Assembly: GCA_951406725.2 (NCBI GenBank)
Contig: OX597816.1
Location: 145,824,001-145,888,000 of the forward strand
From: Octopus vulgaris
Lineage: Eukaryota
Length of the DNA: 64,000 nucleotides
Direction of reading: 5' to 3'
Shown: positions 51,498 to 64,000 of the stretch, piece after piece
Numbering within the stretch: position 1 is the stretch's first letter
Layout: every line of letters starts with the position of its first letter
Notes under the pieces: model-generated
Databases searched by the model: none
The model's input: the letters and a program-made list of their open reading frames with translations, nothing else
Told to the model about the DNA's origin: nothing
Translations under genes and position numbers: made by a program

Positions 51498-54428
51498 CAT
51501 ACATACATACACACATATATATATATATGTTTGTATGCATTTATGTGTGTGTTTTTGCTTATATGTGTATGCGCGTGTTTTGTCATTTGTATGATTCCGT
51601 TTACAGAGGGGGAAAAGTGAGACTAGCAGTCGACTGAGAGAAGGTTAAATAACATACATAAAGCAACAAAACTTGAATGTGTGTCGTTGTCATTACGTTA
51701 TTCTACTGTCCATCACAAAGTAATGGATATTAAACCAGTTACGCTTGATTTGCGAAATTAATATTTCCATAGCAAAATGTTCTCTACAAAATAAATATTT
51801 AATTCCGTTGTTCCAGCCGAATAGCACAGTGTCTGTATTGTTTAGTGAATGTCATCCTGAATTTACTGAGAACAAACTTTACAATTTATCTGATATAAGA
51901 AGCTTTCGAAATTTCTACACTGGTTAAATCAATAGTATTCAGTAATAATATGCCTCGGAAGTTTTTCAATAAGTGACATCCAAGCTGCATGTTCTGTAAA
52001 GTTGTCACTCTACCTATTCGACTTCAGAAGTTATGAATGACAGAAATATTAAAATATCTGTCAGATTTGACTCAACATAATATATACAACAATAACGAAA
52101 CACAGACACTACATATATTACGGAAACTACTATAAAATGCACAAATTATTTACGTAGCCTGCCTTCCTAATATCCCACATTCAGATTTCATAGTACTCTT
52201 TTGGCGTGCTTTTTAAAATAAATTTGCAACAGCAGCTAATACATCCTACCTTCGTTTTAAAGAGTTAGACTAAACATTTTCCAAGCCTCCATTATACACG
52301 AACACACAATATATTAGAACACGTCTTCTTATAGCTCATACTAGTCTTCATTGGTGTATTCATTCGACGTATCAGAAACGGAAGCTAAGCGTATTGATCA
52401 CACCAAATACTGCATATTTCTTATTTTTTCACCTATAAAACGCAAGCACATTAATTATTACTTTGGAGAAAGCCATGTGTGGGATATTCGCAAACACGCA
52501 AACACACAGTCCCACATCGTACTGTTGTCTTGCTTACCACTATGAACACATCGAAACGTCTACTGGTAACAGCAAAACAAATGAGAATTAATACTTCGCC
52601 TTTCCGAATACCTTTATTTTATTGTAAATCTTTCCGGATATTATTCAAATATATACACTAATTAGAATATCATATTCCCCATAAACGCCTAACTCAATAA
52701 TTTGTGTCTTCTGTAGTGTATATAATTAAACAAACAAAAAGAAAAAATATACATGGTATAAATAGATATCGCTAATTTCATATTTCCTGCTCCTCTACGC
52801 AAATGTATTCTGAAGTATAAACGCGTACACTGCTTACATATAAGAACTATATTATCCAGCTGAACTAATACACAGCAAGACAAACTCCATTGTCATATTT
52901 TGTTTAGGATCAGTTTGCTGTGAAACAGAGAGTATCCGAATAGATAATCGATTAACACATTGAAACACAATATTTATGGTCCCACATAAAACATTAAAAG
53001 AACACAAATTCACTAAGCACTCTCTCTTAAACTACAATTTACATAGCGAACTGATTATGGTACAGTCGTACATGAAAACATCTTGTTTTTTTTCAGAGAC
53101 TTATGGCCTACTCGTTCTGTCACATCATCAATTAAGAAATTACTTCGTCACAAAAAAAAATAGACAGGTGTATGCGGAACAGTGATTGAAGGTGTACTGA
53201 AATTTCGGTGCCATTGCAACAGATTGTGCAAGTGACAATATAATTGCTGCATGAAATTATTGATGGGGTATTGAGCTGTCGTTTTATGTACCAAAATAAC
53301 TGTTTGGATATTCGTGGATGTTCGCGGCTCTGTTGCCAAATATTGCAATCCCCTTAAAATATTACCAGTTTTAATAAGATACACCTTTGATTAATATTCT
53401 TTGATTAATATTCTGTCAGGAAATAAATCTTCTACTACTTGCTATTTGAAGTTATAAAAATCATTATATAAAAGATATTTTGATGTTGTAGTCGTTGCTG
53501 TTTCTGTTGTTGTGGTATCGTCTTAAGATAGCAGTTATTTTCCAACCTCGTCGAGTGAAGACAACGTATTACTCAAACAAGATATCGACCCCCGAAACTT
53601 TGGATGATGAATCTATTTCACTAAAAGGTGCTGTGCGTGTGTGAATGTGCACACGCGCGTCTGAGTATTTATGAAGAAACTTCGTGACTACTGTACGAGA
53701 CAGAACGTACGTATATGTGCCTTACGAAAAAATATAGATATATTCTTCGCTACTGTTTAACGTCACCCATCGAGCATGGCTCAGCTTGAAAGCCTGCCAA
53801 TAACCTTCATGTGGGCTGTGATTTGGACATAACATATATATCTCCCTTATTTAAGTAAAAACAAAACAGTGTATACTTCATGGTAAATTTGACTATTTTT
53901 TATAGATCGATCAATTGCATTGAGCCATTTCGTGTGCCTGATAGTACAGGGAGAGTGTTTGAATATGTACGATAGTACGTACATTACTATCCCCAAACAT
54001 CAGCTATATTTTTAATACAAATATCACCGATATGTTTGCATGAAAACTAATGAACGAATGATTTCAGTCAAGCAAAATCATGAACAAACTGGAAGCTGCA
54101 GCAACAATAGTTACTATACATTTTATTTAATTCTATATTTTTCCCCAATGTGCAACACATTGACGGTTATAATTCTAGGTCAGCTTATAGCATTTCATTC
54201 CGCAGTACTGACATATGAGCGGAATTGAAGCAGAACAATAACTTTATTCAAATGTGTCCTGCGCTCTATCCAATTTCCCTTTAGCTATTTCAACCAGAAC
54301 TCAATTTTAGAAATATCTATTAGGGAAAAAATTACTCTTACAATAAGAATTGACTATTTCATTCAATATTGAAAATGTCATATGCCCACTAACACACAAA
54401 CACACACACACGCATACATACACACCCG

Positions 54429-54459
<31 letters not shown>

Positions 54460-54493
54460 GCATAAGCGGACATGTATATACACATGTATACCC

Positions 54494-54531
<38 letters not shown>

Positions 54532-55711
54532 AAGCACAAACACAAACACATACACATATATATTCACAATATATTATATCACAGTTCTTATGTGATATTC
54601 AATAATATTTGATGACATTCGTTACTGATAAATTTCATATAAATTCTTTAATATTCATATAGGCTATTTTTCCTCTTAAGAGCTATATCGAATTGAATTC
54701 ATTCTTATCTTCAATAAATAATCGATTTTTTTTATTCATCGCGAATAAATTCTATCAAATAAATTTTTTGTGTAAATACAAGCGGAAATCGGTTCAAATT
54801 GCAGACTTATTATGTGCGTTACTAATTCATTAGAAAGAATTCATTGCGTTTTATATCAGCACTTGCATTTATCATACCAAATTTCCGTTCTATTCAGTGT
54901 AAGGATATGTGATAATGAGAAATCAATTTTGTTTAGTGAAATCATTGAACTCTATATACAAACATGTAGAGATTAAAATATGGCATTTTGTAAGATTGAA
55001 ATAAAATTTATATGATATCTTACTCTGTAGATAACACTCAAATGAAACCTCCATCAGTCTTTTAATAGAGCAATCCAAACAGGCATACGGATTACTTTAG
55101 GAAGCTACTGATAATGGCTGATGACATATTGAGAAATTTTAGAATAATTATAATGGATAATTGAAATAGTGAAAAACATTTACAATGATTGGTTAGTGAG
55201 AATATATTGGTTGTATTCTTAAATTTGAAATATTTGTTCGTACTTAATAATAAGAGGAATATATTACGTCGAAATTCTTCTCGCGTTTTTTGTTATCCAT
55301 TAATTGATATATTGCAACTAAAATGACTATTTTCTCCAGTGCACAGATATTTCAACATTGTGTTACACTTAAATTGGTTTATTATACGAAAAATAATCAT
55401 TTGATTTGTTGAACAATAAACAAATTGTATATTTCATAATACTCTCATGCAGAAATGATATTTCTGTATTTAGACTATTTGGTAAAGTAGAGACACAATG
55501 ACTATCACAATATATATTTGGATTTCTTTGGCTTACATTATTCCTAATAATACCAGCATTTAATTTTACTATGTTATAGATAACTATAACTTATGTTAGT
55601 TTTCAAAATAATTATAGCACGAATTTATTCAATGAAAACTTATGCCTACTACAGTAAAAATACATCTGTTATATGTAGGGTCAAAGCAACTAATGTTTCA
55701 AACTGATTTAC

Positions 55712-57830
55712 CTTTTCTTTTTAGTTTACTGCATCGAGAGTTGCTATAAAAGATATTCTCATTAGAACCAATCTTTATAAATGTCATCACATCATGAGAT
55801 TTCTCATTTGCGGAGTTATTTGGTAGATATAGGGTTCTTATCGGTATATCTGTTGTGATCAGAAATTTTGTTAACATGGCATAAATTGTCGCCGAAGTTT
55901 TACAGGAATAAAAATGCTCCTTCTTTTCATTTAATACCACATGTAGCTTATTTGCAAATGCCAAATGTGTCACTAACTCTGTAATGAACACGAATTATAT
56001 AAATCTTGAATACAAACTTTGCATACACAAAGTTGTTTTTGAAATTAAAAATTTATGAAGTTATTGAGTCAATTCTCACTCTACAAATTGCCCATGAATT
56101 TATGGATCTTAATTTTAGGTGACGAAAGATGCTTCTCAATTTAACATCTGCCGAGTGATTACTTTTAACATTAACGTCAAACGTGGTGCTGGATGGTTAT
56201 TTAATCCCCTACGAAAATACGAAAGCAAGCAACAACCTCATCTAATTAATTCTTATTAATGTGTATACAGTGGGTTAATATCAAATTTCAAATGGGATCA
56301 CATCAGCTTGGTAATGCACAGATAGTAAAGGCTCAAAGAAGTCTTTATTTCGATTGGCTTTTGGAAGACTCGGGGCATAAAGATACAGAAGAATTTTGTA
56401 TGAAAAGCGAAGGTGCAATATCATACTAGCATATCTAATGTACCGATAAAGCGCAGCTCGTTCCTTTTTAAAAATGACGTTAACAGTTTTAATGTCTGGA
56501 AGTTAAAATAGTGGACAAAGGTATCAGATATGAATCGAAAATCCTTAAAATGTAATCGCTAAATACAATTCAAATTCATTCTAATTTTCTTGTCTAAGTG
56601 AAAAAGCTAAAAGAAATTCTGCTAACTTAATAACAGATTAATTACTTATGCTTCACTTAAAACAAAATTTGTTTCTACTATATTTTTATTTGTCATGTCG
56701 AGTACAGAAATGCACGTTATATGAGTCATCTGATAACTTACGGATCCATTTTTGACATTAGTGTTTCCAGATGTATTTAACCTGTACGATATTTTAGTTG
56801 GAATTAGCTGTAATGGCTGTCGTATGTCATGCACAAGAGTAACGTATGAATGCAACTAATGTATAAATTATGATTATTTTAAAACCTTAAATAACCACAA
56901 AAATGAAATGCCTAAATCTCTATATATTTATGCACAAAAAGTCCAGCAATTGTAAAACTGTTGGAAGTTGAGTGTATAAAATTAAATGTGGCAAAGGCTC
57001 GGATGTTCCAACAAAGAAAAAACATATTCCATTAAATAGATATCTGCAGTTTGACTAACAAGTCTATGATAAATAACAACCATTGAAGAGAACTCAAATC
57101 TAAAGACAGCGTCATGAGGACGAGAACGACGTAAACTAACCACAGAACAACGTCTGTAACCAAAGTTTTCTCCCGAAAAATCGAATAGTCGTGTAGTATC
57201 AATGACACTGCTCATCTGAATATGTGTGTGTGTATTTTCTGTTAGTATACAAACAATATCCAAAGAATATGAAATCACTTTGAGCAGTACCGTCTGCGTA
57301 GTTAAAAATAGACGCTTCAATATTATAATATTATACGTAGTGGAGTGTACTGAGGAATAAAATCAATTTCTATAGCGTACTGTGTGCAGTCAACTGAATC
57401 GACATCACTATATCAATATCAATTAATGGGTAGACCTCATCGTGAAGAATCGCAAATTCAAGCCTGTGAAATAATGTTATTTTGAATTCTTTAAATAAAA
57501 TCGAAGATATCAGTGATAAGAATCGTTCAGTTTAAGTGCAGTTGCCTTTATTCGTTTGCTGTCTTTGAAATTATTCAGGATACAGCTTCAAATGTATATA
57601 AGATTAAAGAAAAACACGTTGCTGCCTATAGAACTTCTTATGTATTCATTTTAAGAAAACCCAAGAATAATTATATAAGTAAGATAGAACATATTGTAAG
57701 TTGAATCGATCACTGCTGATTACAAATAATTAATTTTCCAGTTACGGAACTTGTGTATAGCAGCTCTTGTACGGTGCGGAAGACTTGTTCGATTGTTTGA
57801 CATTCGTATTATCTTTATGGAAATGCATTT
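55712..57830 (-). CDS. Candidate six-exon segment of an unidentified host gene
   Basis: Hand-picked AG/GT-bounded open segments 57830-57746, 57463-57381, 57238-57141, 56855-56742, 56495-56444 and 55978-55712 join in phase (699 nt). No confident homology. Confidence 0.3.
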
Positions 57831-57940
57831 CTAATAGAACGCACAGCAATCCGACCTAGTCGATAATGAATACGTATCTCAAAGTTGTTATAAATTAGTG
57901 ATGAAACAAATTGGGTAAATGTTAAATTTGAAGACAGGTG

Positions 57941-57979
<39 letters not shown>

Positions 57980-57994
57980 AAATGGATAAATGAA

Positions 57995-59722
57995 TTATCT
58001 TGTTACGGATTATTAAACCGTTGCTAAAAGTGTTATTGGCACTCTCTACATTAATGACTCGGACAGTGCTCTCTGGGTATTATGCCACTGTTAACTCACA
58101 CAAAGTTAGGATACCCTTCTCCAACACTAAGAATCTCTCACAGATAATTTCATCCCATAACAATAAGCTGCTAAATAAGGCCCTCTCACCAGAATAACGC
58201 GCAGTAATAATAATAATAATAATGATAATAGAACCGGCACAGAGATTAGCAATCTCCATACCAGCCATGGAGTTAATAATAGGAATAAGGATAGGAGCAA
58301 TGGTGACGACACTAGCGTTAGTAATGGTAATGGGGATGAGAGCACTGTCCGAGTCATTAATGTAGAGAGTCCCAATAACACTTTTAGCAACGGTTTTGAC
58401 AACAGTAGCATCACGGACATTAGCAATCACAGCGATCTCAGTGCCAGGGAATATACAGGTGATATTCCATTAAATAGTATTGATAATGGGGTGTATAATG
58501 TCGAAGACAGCCGCAGTTCTCGCAATCATCATAGTAATAAGAACGCCGTATTAATATCTGAAGCCAATCCCAATAGAATAAGGTTCTTATCTAGTAATTC
58601 CAAGATTAGAAATGCCATTTACCAATGCAGAGTTTCTACTGAATCAGATGTCTACTTGTATATCGGAGCGTCATCATCAAAATTGGCCGTGAGAATATCG
58701 AACCACTTCACAACATTTCGCGATTTTAGAAAACAACACGTGACCGGACTAAGTAAATTGATCTGGCGTTTGAAGAACGCGAATTCAGCATTTAGACTGG
58801 AATGGTCGATTTTTATCGGTGTCTGTACCGTTTGATAGAGGCAAAAGAATCTGTAATCTCTGCAACTCTGAACTTTTTCACATTTTGTTCGCCCGAGGGC
58901 GGCTAGTTAACGCGATTTTGCAAAACTCTTTCAGATGTCCCCATTGGAGGCGGCACACATTTCTTGCATACAATTGAAGCCTAAGATAATTAACACCTTG
59001 ATGTCCTAAGAAAGGAAAAAAATTTTGGAAAAAATTTTGAAAAAAAATTTTGAATTAAATTTGTAAAGGGAAATTACTCCCCTTTTAGCGTATGATCTGC
59101 TACTTATTTAGAAACAATATCAGGGATTATACTCCCCTTGTTTAACAAGTCATCGGTGTATAAATTGACCACAGACGAACACACAGACACAGGCTTTTAT
59201 CAGCCGCTTGACCTACAATATCTGCAATATATTTTCCCACTAACTGCTTCCTAACATACTGCCACACATACACAGGCGCACACACACATACATGTAAGTA
59301 GTTTCTCACACCCAAATAAGATAGCTTTCATTCTTAAAACAATTCGAACATTAACATTAGTTATACAGAATATATTCACACTCTTTGGTTTTCTTGAATT
59401 CTTCCCCTACCAAATTTAACCGCAGTTTGACCTCGATTTGTTCCAACGGACTTTTTCGTCGGCCTTCACACACCCTGACGTCAACGCACATTGAGAGACA
59501 GTTTTGTGCCTTACCATGGGCTCCTAGGGAGCGTTTTGTTCGAATAGCTTGCTGCGCATTTGTTTTGGAGATTTATATTCCTGGTTTTTCCTGAAGAGAA
59601 AGCTACAAAATGGTCTCCTTATTCAATCCGAATCTGGAAATTTGCAGCCTTTGAAACATGTGTAGAAAATAATAAAAAGGAAGTTTGTAGAATCTTCGTT
59701 CAGCTCCATTTCTTCCCTTCAC

Positions 59723-59725
<3 letters not shown>
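57995..59725 (+). mobile_element. Penelope-like element 3' portion (Asn/Ser/Asp-rich linker, GIY-YIG, 3' UTR with hammerhead) between (TA)n tracts, with a short 5' inversion
   Basis: SNTKNLSQIISSHNNKLL, NAIYQCRV..YLYIGASS..RISNHFTTF..TGLSKLIWRLK, ICNLCNSE, CPHWRRH. 58015-58074 is the reverse complement of 58338-58397. Confidence 0.85.
59586..59669 (+). ncRNA. Type I hammerhead ribozyme with extended stem II
   Basis: Stem I ttttc/gaaaa. CTGAAGA 59591-59597. Stem II gaaagctacaaa/tttgcagccttt with two A-C mismatches. GAAA 59653-59656. Palindromic acatgt in stem III. GTA triplet 59662-59664. Confidence 0.75.
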
Positions 59726-59763
<38 letters not shown>

Positions 59764-62417
59764 TCTAATATCTATACAGTCTTGGTTTTTTAGCTTATTA
59801 AGCAAAAATTCTTATATATATATATAGCAAGGGCTTCTATATGAATTTTATTGCAAATGAACATGGAATGGTTTTTTCGAACAGCTAAACGTAAACGAAA
59901 CTAGAATAATGCAGAACTGGAATACCATTCTGCTTATAGTGCTCTCATGGGTCCTTATAAAGATTACCAATGCAAATGAACTAGACAAGTGAACAGTCTC
60001 CTCAAGTGACGGTAATTTCTCGTCATGGTGCATCACATTTATGGAAACAAAACGAATAATTATGTATTTTGGAAAATTACGACACCATATTTATATTGGA
60101 ATTCCAGATCAAACTTGGTTATTTTGACGTTAGTAAATTGATAAATAAATGTTCAGTGAAGTGGAAATGGGCTATAGCACTGCAAGGAAATGGTTTTTAT
60201 ATGTCTTACGTGGCAAAACTAATACTACTGAATAGTGGCAGACACTGCACAGAAAATAATATTCTTCACCCATATAGGTACGCGTCACCAATTCATTCGG
60301 CCGTTACTTCTGCATCTCATTACAAATTTTACAGATGAACATTATCTGACCATTATCTAACCATTATTTCATTCTATATACAGATAGTCATCCGATCACG
60401 TCCAACGCATCTTTTATATTATATTTCCTTCAACGTTCTAAATACAAATGTTGATACTTAGGAATTCAAAGAAAATTATTCTTTATTCTTCCGCACTTTT
60501 TTTTTCGAAATGGCCTGAAACGAGGTGCGGTCTACTATGCCACGGGGAGATATTTTTCCCTTAGCCACCATGGTCTCCAAAGCGTAACAGTTAGTGGGTA
60601 ATGTACCTCCTTCTGAAAGCAACTAATACTTGAAGTCACTGACCTATAAATGACCTTATTAATAGAACGTCTGCGCAGTATTTCCTGGAATTAACGTGAA
60701 ATGTCTATATAAAAACATTCACGCTACAAATGTGCAAGTTGGTATGGATAACAAAACTAGCATTTCAACGTAATGATTTTGTTTTGTTCAAAACAAATCT
60801 TTGGAAGCTCAAATATTTGAAAGTTTTATTTTCTATTTTCTTTTTCTTCTCTGGATATTTAAATACTTGTTATGGAGATACACCAGCTGTTTGTGAAAGA
60901 TCATTTTAATTGCTGTTTCTGTTGTTATCAACTTTCTTTGGACATATTATTCAGACAAAAATCCACTGAATTATTATGTCTGTCATGTGCAATGTTAATA
61001 ATTATATCCCAGTGGAGCTGTAAAAATAGATCTTTTCGAATTGTATAGTCAGACAAATGACAAGTATATATATTTTTTAACGCAACATATACTTTTTTAT
61101 TAGAATTAAACTATTTTTCTGTAAACATTATACATCTGTGTTAATACTACCTATATAACAGCAATGATTTAATCTACAAGTAGATCGATCTTCTATCTAT
61201 TGTCAGATTCACATTCAATTTGCAGTAAAAGGGCTATATTTAGGATGTATATCTTTCGGATATAAAGTAATTTATAGGGCTATGTGAAAAAAATAAACAT
61301 CAATATATGGTTAATATTATGAATATCTTTCTATTATTTGATTCTGCGCTGAATTGATTGTTTTGGTAGGAACCACAATATCATAATATTTTAATCTAAA
61401 AGAAAATGAGTATTTGAGAATGCATCGTACGGTGCATGAATGCTTAATTTATGTACATTTTGAAATAATATTTAAAATGACATTCATTTCCTGATTTGTA
61501 CATTTTAGAAAATTATTCATGCTTTATATATATTCTAAAATCATAAAAACAGAAAGTCTTATATTCCAATAAAATCACAAGAAATGCTTGAGTGAAGGAT
61601 TTTATCGTGGTCTGCATTTGTTTTTTGTTGTTTTTGTTCAATGCAGTTAAAAGCGATAGGAAAACACATTTTTTAAATCCCCGTCAAAACTTAGAATGTC
61701 CAACATGTATGAGTGAGCTTCCACAAACTAGGCTTCCACCTTCTAATTTTGCACAAACTAAATAAAATCAATTTAAACACCTTTGTTTATTTCGGAATGA
61801 TTAGGAACCCAACAAATATAAATCCAAACTGATACAGAATCACCAGAATAGTAGCAACAGCAACAGTAGAAAAGCAAAGAAAAGCCACAATACCGATGCA
61901 ACACGTCAAAATAATCTCGACAAGTTGCATAGTGAAAATGATATTCTCACTAACGCATGATACATTCTTTCTCAAACTGAAAACATTCGTGTCTCATGTG
62001 TAAATCTCAATGACCACGAGAGTAAGCAGCTTAGCAACAGCTTGGCTTGTTACTATGGAAACAGACGCCTATATGTCTGTAGCTTCCGACCCAAAAATTG
62101 CAACCTTTAAAAGCTATTCTTTCTTTATTTATTTATGGCGAAAATGAATTTCATGACACTGATTATTTTACAAAAGTACACCAATATGCCAAATATGAAA
62201 TCAAGTGGGGAAAAAATTGGAAGAAATTGAAAAGTGGCAGCCAAACAGAAAAGATCCTCATGGCCAAGAAAGTTGTGCGTCTTTTCAAAAACAACCAAAA
62301 GAGACAAATTCCAAACAAACAGAAGCAAAGCAATTCCTCATATCGTGTAATAATTAACCATCATGCCACAACAGACTCATTACCATCATCAACATCGTCA
62401 CTACTGCTACCATTTCG

Positions 62418-62484
62418 TCTTCTTCTTCTTCTTCTTCTTCTTATTCTTATTCTTCTTCTTCTTCTTCTTCTTCTTCTTCTTCTT

Positions 62485-62523
<39 letters not shown>

Positions 62524-62524
62524 G
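62418..62524. repeat. (CTT)n(CTA)n microsatellite
   Basis: Direct reading. Confidence 0.95.
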
Positions 62525-62685
62525 TGACCAACCTCAAATACTCTTTTCCACCTATGACAGTGACCGCATTCAGTCACTCTTTCTTCCTCCCCGTCCCACC
62601 ATTACGGCCTCAACATCAACACTACCAAGCTCAGCTAGCACCATTACAACTGCTGCAAGTCTCCAGACTTTACCATTTCGTCTTA

Positions 62686-62726
<41 letters not shown>

Positions 62727-62789
62727 TACAGCTTTCACTACCAGAATGTCATCAGAGTAATAACAAATCTAAACCTAAAACTATTCACA

Positions 62790-63570
62790 ATCTACACATG
62801 CCTCTGAAAGAAAATCATAAACTACGACCCCAATCTTTACAAGCGAAGCTATATACTTAGTGTCCATGTTGAACAAAAGTGTTGATTTAGCAATAACTGG
62901 GTTCTACAGATCATCCTATCGCCACTATTGTATTTGAAAGAATGCCTTAATAATAAGTCTTCATTCAACAGTGCCAATCTGATAATGTTTTAATGATGGG
63001 TTACTTAAATTTACCCTGTGTTGACGACTCTACCCATACCTTGAAGACAAGTGTGTGCATATCAACCCCTGGGAAAACATTTGTGAAATCACTTTTCGAA
63101 TTGATGGACGAATTTTCCCCCTCCCAACTCATGCTTGTTCCAATGAGGTTCAATAAAAACTCATAGTAACCACACTAAGACTATCCATAATATTTCAGCA
63201 GCAAAAAGCACTACTTTTCAATCACAACTTAAATTCTCTGTAGCCTGAGATTCTGGCAGCCAAAATTGATATTGAACGTTCTAATTTCAAAACACCCTAT
63301 TGACCTCTTAGACACACAAAATGCTACCTGGGATGCAATCACTCACGATCTTTCACTCATTGATTGGTCTTTCACTCACTCTATCACTCTAAACAGCATC
63401 AATAAATCATGGCATTTATTTAAGGACATTGTCGCAAATATACATTCACAACTCACCCCACTACTATTCATAAGCAAAACAATACATAAGCTCCCACGTA
63501 ACAGAAGAACATTCATAAGAAAAACAAAAGAGGTTAATCGAAAAATCAATATTGCTTAGCGCAATATACC
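62790..63570 (+). mobile_element. Degenerate CR1-type LINE (AP endonuclease and linker)
   Basis: FYRSS (YRPP-like), NVLMMGYLNLP (GDFNLP-like), NHNL (SDH-like), ATWDAITHDLSLIDW..SWHLFKDIV..LPRNRRTFIRK. Confidence 0.65.
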
Positions 63571-63599
63571 AAGTAGAGAGATATAGCTTTTCTATATAT

Positions 63600-63935
63600 T
63601 GACAGCAGGATATTAAATGAGTTACGAGTAAGGAAAATAACTTCGCTCTTGCATGGATAAATTACTGTAAGGACAACGACAGTGTACCACACAGCTGACG
63701 CTTAGTACATCTGATGATGCTCAGAGACAATGAGAAGATAAACAACTTTCTGGAGAAGAGAATGGGAGAATGGGAAGCTGACATGTATAAAGATATCGCT
63801 AGGTAACATGAAAATATGCAGAGACATTTTTGAAGGCGACTCCCTTATTCCGTTACTCTTCGTCATTGCACTAATATACTGAGAAAATGTAGGCCGGCCT
63901 ATGAGTTTACCTAATCCATGATAAGAATGAATTAT
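63600..63935 (+). mobile_element. Dong/R4-type RT fragment
   Basis: AWINYCKDNDSVPHS (AWIDYRKAYDSVPHS-like) and KICRDIFEGDSLIPLLFVIAL. Confidence 0.75.
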
Positions 63936-64000
63936 TACCGTATTGGTCCAATTTCGGGGTTAATTCATAAGAATTTTCCCCTCTTCAGCGATAAATACGT

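Noticed and set aside
59909-59992. Plus-strand MQNWNTILLIVLSWVLIKITNANELDK* resembling a signal peptide
   Set aside because: Stops after 27 codons and has no supported downstream exon.
62098-62760. Longest ORF (220 aa) with poly-Leu
   Set aside because: Its length comes from (CTT)n(CTA)n and (CT)n tracts. The 5' part may be LINE ORF1 debris, but I cannot support a call.

Overview
AT-rich, microsatellite-dense eukaryotic DNA. The SINE families and the mix of Dong/R4, Penelope-like and RTE elements point to an octopus genome; this is inferred from repeat recognition, not from a database search. I find no intact, recognisable protein-coding gene. Much of the window is transposon debris: at least seven Penelope-like (PLE) RT/GIY-YIG fragments, Dong/R4, CR1, Tx1 and RTE LINE pieces, an internally deleted Gypsy LTR element with both LTRs, PBS and PPT, a mariner remnant, Helitrons and several tRNA-derived SINEs. 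Non-TE content is an intronless, SINE-interrupted, very divergent alanine aminotransferase pseudogene (about 16.3-18.2 kb) missed by the ORF track, a tRNA-Glu pseudogene, and a low-confidence chain of minus-strand exons at 55.7-57.8 kb. The best leads are: (i) an unrecognised bipartite RNA-like motif with compensatory changes, shared by two different fold-back elements at 41-42.3 kb; (ii) two hammerhead ribozymes, one inside a 166-bp palindrome; (iii) a SINE whose tail matches the 3' end of a Tx1-type LINE in the same window. All alignments were done by eye, and TE boundaries are approximate unless a TSD or terminus is quoted.
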